Assembly: GCA_964019425.1 (NCBI GenBank)
Contig: OZ025790.1
Coordinates: 1,364,001-1,428,000 of the forward strand
Source: Flectonema sp. DT1601
Taxonomy: Eukaryota
Reading direction: 5' to 3'
DNA: 64,000 nt
Below the pieces are notes generated by a model. The model had not been told where the DNA came from. It did not search any database and worked only from the letters and a program-made list of their open reading frames with translations. The position numbers were made by a program, and so were the translations under genes. Position 1 is the stretch's first letter. Every line of letters starts with the position of its first letter. This document shows, piece after piece, positions 56,880 through 64,000 of this stretch.

Positions 56880-57829
56880 GAAAGGCGTCGATTCTATTGA
56901 TGTTACTATCTTACTGAAATTGCTAAGCCTGACTCTGGAAAAAAAAAAAAAAGGCTAAAAAAGGTTGTTTTCTGTTGCTCGTCTAGCGTCGGTTTAGAAC
57001 TAGAGCAACAACTAACCCCACGATTTCCGTTTTTTTTGTTTTTGTTTTTTGTTTTTGTTTTTGCACTTAACTTTGTTGTGGTTTATTGTTCTTCGGTAAT
57101 CCTCTGTTTTTCTGGGAAGAAGAAAAAAAAAATAATTTATTTTAAAACTAACTCTGTAAAGTAAAAATGGGGGGATCGTTTCGTTTCCTCAAGTCCGTTT
57201 TTTTTTTTTTTTTTTTATATCAAATTATTATTTTTTATTTTTATTAAATTTAATTGGTGATGATCATTGGACGAAATACATATTGCTATGGAGGAAAAAA
57301 AAAAAAAAAAAAAAAAAACGCTAACTGTTTGTTTCTGGCGCAGAGAGTTTTTTTTCCCCTGTTTTTTTTTTTTTTTTTGTTCACCTGTAAGTATTATTTG
57401 CATGTAAAGTCTTACAGTCTTTCAGAAGGAGACAAAAAAAAAAAAAAAAAAAAAGGGAAAAGGATCGAAAAGAAGGGAAAAAAAAAAAAAAAGAAAAATT
57501 AAAATGAAAGAATAATTATATAATTATGAAAAAAAAAAAGGTTTGTTTTTTTTAAAACTCTGTTATTGTCCTCTATGGTTTTATTTTTTATTTTTTATTT
57601 TTCAAGACCTTCACCAAATTAAAAAAAAGAAAGATATGGTGGGTCTTATCACTTGTTTTTCGTTGGCCGTCGTCGCCCTACTGTACTTTTTTTTCTTTAT
57701 TTTATGTTACTTTTTGTTTATGGCAAAAAGAAAACTTGTACATGAGCGAGTTTAGGGGAATTCAGTACTAATGAATAACCAGCCTCTGCGCGGGGATGAA
57801 AAAAACAAAACAAAAAACACAGTAGTTTT

Positions 57830-57864
<35 letters not shown>

Positions 57865-58756
57865 CGTAAGCATTATGTATGTATTATGTATTGTATCTAA
57901 AAAAAATAAGACAAAATTTTTCTTTTTTTTTAATTTTTGGTAATAAGGAAGAAAGAAAACCCTCTAACTAACCAAACCAATCAAGATCGATTCTCTGTTT
58001 AATAACTTCTGTAAGCTGAAAATGGCTGTGTTCGATGCCTATACTCTATCGATACTACTTTTTTGTAGCGTCTTTTCAAGTTCCGAGAGAGAGACATGGT
58101 CGCGAGTTGTAATCAACTTTCTGAGAGACTTGACAAGCCAACAACTAAAATTATTGCTCTGTTTGATATAATTTAATAAATGAAACTTTTCCAAAGGCCT
58201 AAGACTTTTGCCACTGTGCGTTAACTAGGACTGCTATATGTTGTTGGCTTTAGTTCATGTGTGTTTTTTTTTTTAAAAAAAAAAAAAAAAAAGGAAGGAA
58301 AGAGGAGAGGGAGGGGGGAAACGAAACAACAGAAAAAGAAAATAAATTATCTTTTCCCTTACTACAATAAGTGAACTAATCATCAAAAACTTAACTTTTT
58401 TCCTGCCACCAACGGGCACGCGTGAAGACACTCGTTTATTGGTGTAGTACTTACAGACAGTTGGTTGTGAAGTTTTCCCTTCCGAGGACACCACACGTGG
58501 TAGTACTTTCCAGTGGAAATTCTACAGTAGTTTGGTTCAGTCATGCGCTTCAACTTTCTTCATTTTTACAGGAAGGAAAATAACAATTAATATAATGAGA
58601 AGCTAGGTAGGTGGGGTAGCTTTGATTTTCACTCGAATGCGGTTTTTTTTTTTTTTTACTGCCATAGTTTTCCATTACCGCTCTGTGCATTCTAGTTTTT
58701 CACTTTCAGAGGTGTAAATTTTTCCTAAAGAAACCAGAGTTTAAAAAAAAAAAAAA

Positions 58757-60799
58757 ATGGAAACGGAAAGCAAAGATGCAAAACAAAAACAAGGATACTG
58801 GGTAGGTGATAACTGTGCGAGTGCTGTCTCTAGCATGGCTACATCAGTTCCTACAGGCTATCACATGCCTATCTTACCACATAGTGAATTCGTTGTTCTT
58901 TCCTTCGTAGAGGAACTATTTAAATTCATTATCAGTATTGTCTGGGCTTGGAAGACAAACACGGCGGTGCTTTGTGTTTTCTTGTACCAAGTAGCGAGGT
59001 CGTGGAGTACCCTGCTTAGATTAGTCTCTGTTATTCTTCTTGGAAAATCATTTCCTGAAAAAATTACGAAAATTCCTCAAATTATAGCGCTGCTGACGAC
59101 CCTAGCCTTTATTGGTCTTCTTAGTATTATGCAGGGATGTTCTACAAGAGAAGGTTGGACTGATATTAAATTTAATGGTTCTTGTGAAAAGAAATGTGAA
59201 GCAACATGCCCAAGTCGTCATCCATACGAGGCAAAATATTTTGGAAAAAGTTGTGATGATTTAGTGCTGCTTCAAGAATTGAGACCAGGATTCCTCTCAT
59301 TTAATGACGAAACCAGCACTTGTACATCAGACCTGACTGCGGGATGTGATTGCACAGGATGCTCGTGTAGTAGTCGGTATTCGTACTTTCACAATGGTGG
59401 TGATCCTGAGAACCCAGGACCGCATTCATTCCGTTCCTCATGTCCAGAGGTTTGGGAAATAACTGATGAGAAACTATGTTTCGATTCCAGTCTTAAGAAG
59501 ACTCCCTCCGCTGAATTTGTTAAGATATCAATTCCTACAGATGACGGAAGTCCTCGATGTCATATTAACAGTACAGGTGTTTACTTTAACAGCAACGCTT
59601 CAACTGGAAGGAATTGTACTCTTCCGACAGAATGTGTTTGCCTTCCAAGATACTTTTCCATGTCGTCAGGCTATTGTAGAACTCCAACTCCATTAAGTCG
59701 ATGCGCTGATGCTTTTAGAGAGATCAGCGGAGTGTCGAAAGATGTTGAGATCGTCATTGATGAGACTTTTGATAGACAGATTCCTGTTGGGTGTTCCTTC
59801 AGTGATGACTTTCATCCTCTCGAACAGTTGGACGTCGTTAAAATATTTTATCGCGCCCTCGATGATCGTCACACATTAGCTCCGTGCAACCCAAGAGCTA
59901 AATGTGTTTGTCAGTCTGGAACTGATTTGAACCTTCCTCCGATTTCGAGAAGTTCAGTAGACTTAAGTGACGTCGTAGACAGCGCTAATCTTATGATTTG
60001 TTTATTAGTAATGATCGCAGTGTTTACTGCTTTGGAAATATTCGATGAAAGGATCTTAAAAGGAGTTGAAAAACCAAGGAACCCCAACAATGTCCCCGAC
60101 AGCTGTGACGGAACTGAAAGTTCTGTTGTTCCGATGAGTGTGGAGGATACTAAGGAAGAGGAAGACGATGAGAACCCAAAAGAAAACAACATCATCTTTT
60201 GGATATATCTCGTGGCAATCTTCTTAGCAATAGTGTTGCCTCTAATTGTCGGGTTGAGCACTACTCAACTTAATCTCCGAGTTGAAGAAGGATACGCAAG
60301 CAGTACTTCTAAAGGAAGTGATGTGGTTTTTCAGCTTTTCGTAGGTCTTGATATCATATTGTCTACTTCTGACAGGCTGTTCACGATATTCGGTGACGCC
60401 ATTGCCGTTCGTCAGTTCGCGATTTCTTGTTGTATCTGTGTTGCTATTCCCGGTATGCTAATCGTTTCAGTTCTGGATTACTCATCGACTTATGGTTTGG
60501 GTGGAGGAACAATCATCGAAAGCATAAATGGAAACAGTGAAACTATTTTGTTGTTCTCGTTGTTTACTGCTGTCTGGTCTGGGGTGACTTTTCTGAAATA
60601 CATGTTCGTTACTCTGACTATTTATAAAGACGACGACGATGAAGATGACGATTCAGAACCAAAACTTGAGAGACCGCTACTGTCAAAGCTTCCTGCGTTT
60701 CTACGTTACGGTTTCAAGTTCTGCAACGATGTCGATCCGGAAGCTGTGGGATGCACGCAATTTGGATTTTCGGTAACTAAAAATAAGAGGACGAAATAA
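58757..60799 (+). CDS. Multi-pass membrane protein with a large Cys-rich extracellular region
   Basis: 680-aa ORF; hydrophobic helices flank a ~260-aa Cys-rich segment. Confidence 0.75.
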   Translation: METESKDAKQKQGYWVGDNCASAVSSMATSVPTGYHMPILPHSEFVVLSFVEELFKFIISIVWAWKTNTAVLCVFLYQVARSWSTLLRLVSVILLGKSFPEKITKIPQIIALLTTLAFIGLLSIMQGCSTREGWTDIKFNGSCEKKCEATCPSRHPYEAKYFGKSCDDLVLLQELRPGFLSFNDETSTCTSDLTAGCDCTGCSCSSRYSYFHNGGDPENPGPHSFRSSCPEVWEITDEKLCFDSSLKKTPSAEFVKISIPTDDGSPRCHINSTGVYFNSNASTGRNCTLPTECVCLPRYFSMSSGYCRTPTPLSRCADAFREISGVSKDVEIVIDETFDRQIPVGCSFSDDFHPLEQLDVVKIFYRALDDRHTLAPCNPRAKCVCQSGTDLNLPPISRSSVDLSDVVDSANLMICLLVMIAVFTALEIFDERILKGVEKPRNPNNVPDSCDGTESSVVPMSVEDTKEEEDDENPKENNIIFWIYLVAIFLAIVLPLIVGLSTTQLNLRVEEGYASSTSKGSDVVFQLFVGLDIILSTSDRLFTIFGDAIAVRQFAISCCICVAIPGMLIVSVLDYSSTYGLGGGTIIESINGNSETILLFSLFTAVWSGVTFLKYMFVTLTIYKDDDDEDDDSEPKLERPLLSKLPAFLRYGFKFCNDVDPEAVGCTQFGFSVTKNKRTK

Positions 60800-60916
60800 G
60801 AGGACGTCAATTGGCTAACTTTGCTGCGAATAATGTTATTTTCGTAAGTTGCCATCCATATTTTGAAAACAATTTTTTTTTTTATTAGAACCCCTTTTTT
60901 CTCTAGTTGCGGGGGG

Positions 60917-61480
60917 GATGAAACTATTCAGATTGAAAAGCCTGTTGTTTATTATGATAATGACTTATCTTCCCCCCTCTTCACAGTGCGACAGGATTCT
61001 GTCTGCGTTCAGCTAAATATAAGGCTAATCAGAATGGTTTTTTTTCACCTATGCTTTTTGAAAAGAATGAAATATGTAATCCGAACGAATTTAGATCGTA
61101 ATACACGATTCCGATTTCTTCTTTTTTTATCGGTCGTGTTGTTTATTTTTTTTTTTTTTATATGAACCTGTTGTTTGTTTCTTCACCGAAAAAAAAAAAA
61201 AAAAAAAAGAAAATTCACCTTTAGGTTAAATCGCTCTCAGTGAGCTACTGCGAAAGTTTTCGTAAATATTAATCTGATATTTCATTCTCACTACCTGTCG
61301 TTATCGGTACTGCAACTAAGTGAATGATTTTCTTCTCCCCCTTTTTTTCTTCTCGTACCGAAACGTTTTCAGATTAAGAGCCGTTTTATTGTGGTCAAAA
61401 TGTGATCTATTTTCCCTGTGCGCTCAGTAATACTGTCTGCGATCAACAACATGTATAAGGCTTTTATCTGAATTTGGTTT
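60917..61480. repeat. Two copies of a decayed ~120-bp MITE-like repeat (60917-61048, 61358-61480); partial copies near 40887, 47755-47812, 48706-48810
   Basis: Ends AAACTATTCAGATT...AGCC and GGCT...ATCTGAATAGTTT are inverted; shared internal CTGTC(T)GCGATCAACAA. Confidence 0.5.
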
Positions 61481-62877
61481 TTTTTTTTTTTTGTTTCTCT
61501 TTTAAAATCGAAACGCTCAAGCGATCCTTTGCGGTATGTAATTTCCCTGCGTCCTAACAAGGCACTTTGTTTATTTAGTTTTTTTTTTTTTTATAACATT
61601 CTGCTGTTGTTGTTTGAATTTATTATATTTAAGCGATGACATAATTATTTTCAATGTAGTGGACTTTTTATTTTTATTTTTACTTATCTTTTTTTTTTTT
61701 TTTTTTATTATAACGTCACACAAAAAAAAATAAAAAAATAAAACACAAATCTCAGCACTCTCATTTTTGTTTTAATTCTCGCGTTTCATTTTTTAATATT
61801 TTTTATTATAAAATAAATAATCCATACTTGTTTACATTTGATACTAATTCAACAATCCATGCTGAGTCTTCGGATAGCCACGGATTAGGTACTCTGTTAC
61901 TGTGAGTTACCCTCCTTAGAGCACTCATAATATACAGTAACGTTTTGGATTATATAACTGACTAAGTTGCAATGTGTTTTTATATTTTTCTTTTTTTTTT
62001 ATATTTTAATTTAGCCCTCAAAAGTATAACTACATTTGGTACCTTTTTTAAATTAAGAAGGTTAAACGCGATGAGTAGGACAGAGGTTTGGAAAAAATAT
62101 TTATATTAATTGATGTCACGTAGTCTCCTGCTGCTGTACTTGGACAAGGTGGAAAGTTATCTCTTGATGTAGTATGCCCCCCCCACTGTGCTGAAACTAA
62201 TAAAATAATCCTCTACGGGATTACGTTCATCTTCCTATCGCAGTATTGTAGACCTCTTTGAGTAGTCTACCAATACTACGGGTGGTCTGATGGACTTGCT
62301 AACTAGTTATTTATTAATTTTGTAATGACTTCTCTAAAATGTCAACCGAAAAACGGAATGTGACTTCTGCTTGTTTTGATTGGCATCTTGTCACACTCAT
62401 ATAGTCTTTCCTCCGGGTTTCGGTGGCGTCTTTTTTTTTTTTTTTTTTTTGCACTTAACAAGTATTGTAAGAACGAAAAAAGAATGTTGGGCAGCACACG
62501 TAAACCTCCTTTAGCTTTATCAGTTTAAAGTCGGTTCACGAGGTGCACAAGCAACAGATCCCTCCTCAATCCATACCACCCCCAAAAAAAAGAAAAAAAA
62601 AAAAACGATCGCTGTATTTTATTGTCTTAATCTTGTACCCCCCCATATTTGGTATTTTTTTTCCCCATCGGATGTGATGTGTGTTAATTATTATTTTTGT
62701 TCCTTCCCTCAGCATCTTCGACAGCACGTATGGGACTTTAGCAACTGTTCTCTCTTTTCATTGTAACTAAGTTTGGCCGAACCCTATATTCCGGTTTAAG
62801 TTACTTTATATTTCATCGCGATATCAAATAGATTATAATGTCTCCCCCCGCAGTTAAATTCCCCCCCTCAATGCTCA

Positions 62878-64000
62878 ATGCACAGATCTGTTTGGATTGT
62901 ATTGCTGAGTCTATTCACGGATCGAGTACTTAGTCAGACGTGTCTAATTGCAACAGGTGCGTCTCTGTCATCTGCTAACGGGAAATATATTTACAACGAC
63001 GCTGAGGGATATTGGCAGCTTCAGAATTCTTATTTCTATCTACTCCGCGACAAGAAGAAGTGGTACGTCTATTATGGTAATAAGAAATATTACAAATACG
63101 ACGATGACGGTGGAGATGATAAGAAGAAGAGTTGTTCTACTACAGATCCAGAACAGATAGCAGAGTGTTGCAATCAGGGGAAAAAAGAAAAGAAGTTGGG
63201 GGGCGAGAATTGTCCGGCTTTCGAAGACTGTCCTCAACCAACTGCAGTTCCAACGGCAATCCCAACGGCGGTGCCGACAGCAATTCCAACAGCGATTCCA
63301 ACGGCAATCCCAACGGCGATTCCAACAGCGATCCCAACAGCGATTCCGACAGCGGTGCCGACAGCGATTCCAACAGCAATCCCAACAGCGATTCCAACGG
63401 CGATCCCAACGGCGGTGCCGACAGCAATTCCAACAGCGATTCCAACTGCAATTCCAACGGCAATCCCAACGGCGATCCCAACAGCGATCCCAACAGCAAT
63501 TCCGACAGCGGTGCCGACAGCGATTCCAACAGCAATCCCAACAGCGATCCCAACTGCAATTCCAACGGCAATCCCAACAGCGATTCCGACAGCGGTGCCG
63601 ACAGCAATCCCAACAGCGGTGCCGACAGCGATTCCAACAGCAATTCCAACAGCGATTCCAACTGCAATTCCAACGGCAATCCCAACGGCGATCCCAACAG
63701 CGATCCCAACAGCAATTCCGACAGCGGTGCCGACAGCGATTCCAACAGCAATCCCAACAGTGATTCCAACAGCGATCCCAACTGCAATTCCAACGGCAAT
63801 CCCAACGGCGATCCCAACAGCGATCCCAACAGCAATTCCGACAGCGGTGCCGACAGCGATTCCAACAGCAATCCCAACAGCGATTCCAACAGCGATCCCA
63901 ACTGCAATTCCAACGGCAATCCCAACAGCGATTCCGACAGCGGTGCCGACAGCAATCCCAACAGCGGTGCCGACAGCGATTCCAACAGCAATTCCAACAG
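62878..64000 (+). CDS. Secreted or surface mucin-like protein with (PTA[I/V])n repeats, runs off the window end
   Basis: Open frame from ATG 62878 (MHRSVWIVLLSLF..., signal-peptide-like), a Cys-containing domain, then 12-bp repeats from 63238 encoding PTAVPTAI; absent from the ORF track because there is no stop in the window. Confidence 0.85.
   Translation, partial: MHRSVWIVLLSLFTDRVLSQTCLIATGASLSSANGKYIYNDAEGYWQLQNSYFYLLRDKKKWYVYYGNKKYYKYDDDGGDDKKKSCSTTDPEQIAECCNQGKKEKKLGGENCPAFEDCPQPTAVPTAIPTAVPTAIPTAIPTAIPTAIPTAIPTAIPTAVPTAIPTAIPTAIPTAIPTAVPTAIPTAIPTAIPTAIPTAIPTAIPTAIPTAVPTAIPTAIPTAIPTAIPTAIPTAIPTAVPTAIPTAVPTAIPTAIPTAIPTAIPTAIPTAIPTAIPTAIPTAVPTAIPTAIPTVIPTAIPTAIPTAIPTAIPTAIPTAIPTAVPTAIPTAIPTAIPTAIPTAIPTAIPTAIPTAVPTAIPTAVPTAIPTAIPT

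Noticed and set aside
63140..63997. Minus-strand 285-aa Leu-rich ORF
   Set aside because: Antisense shadow of the 12-bp repeat; the + frame has a signal peptide and a PTA(I/V) mucin repeat

Overview
AT-rich eukaryotic genomic DNA. All ~19 supportable protein genes lie on the + strand, separated by poly(T)/poly(A) tracts, and several carry short GT-AG introns. This layout, a PSP1-C protein, ubiquitin-like+BspA-LRR genes and PTA(V/I) mucin repeats suggest a euglenozoan, probably a diplonemid (inference only). Recognisable genes: APC amino-acid permease, PSP1-C protein, XRCC1, SLX9-like, a kinesin-U-box-F-box fusion, CCA-adding enzyme, FCF1/Utp24, EMC8/9, acyl-CoA oxidase-like, DNMT2, NodZ-like fucosyltransferase, U2 snRNA plus a truncated copy, and an LSU rRNA fragment. 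Mobile DNA includes a decayed Sola2-like transposon, a foldback-like element, and a ~700-bp retroposon that starts exactly at an HDV-like ribozyme. Main result: at least three sequence-unrelated loci (20832, 28786/29996-30646, 29272) contain hammerhead ribozyme cores whose strands run in an order that is not a circular permutation of types I/II/III, and they share an extra covarying helix. This is a candidate new hammerhead architecture. All structures were paired by eye and no activity has been tested.
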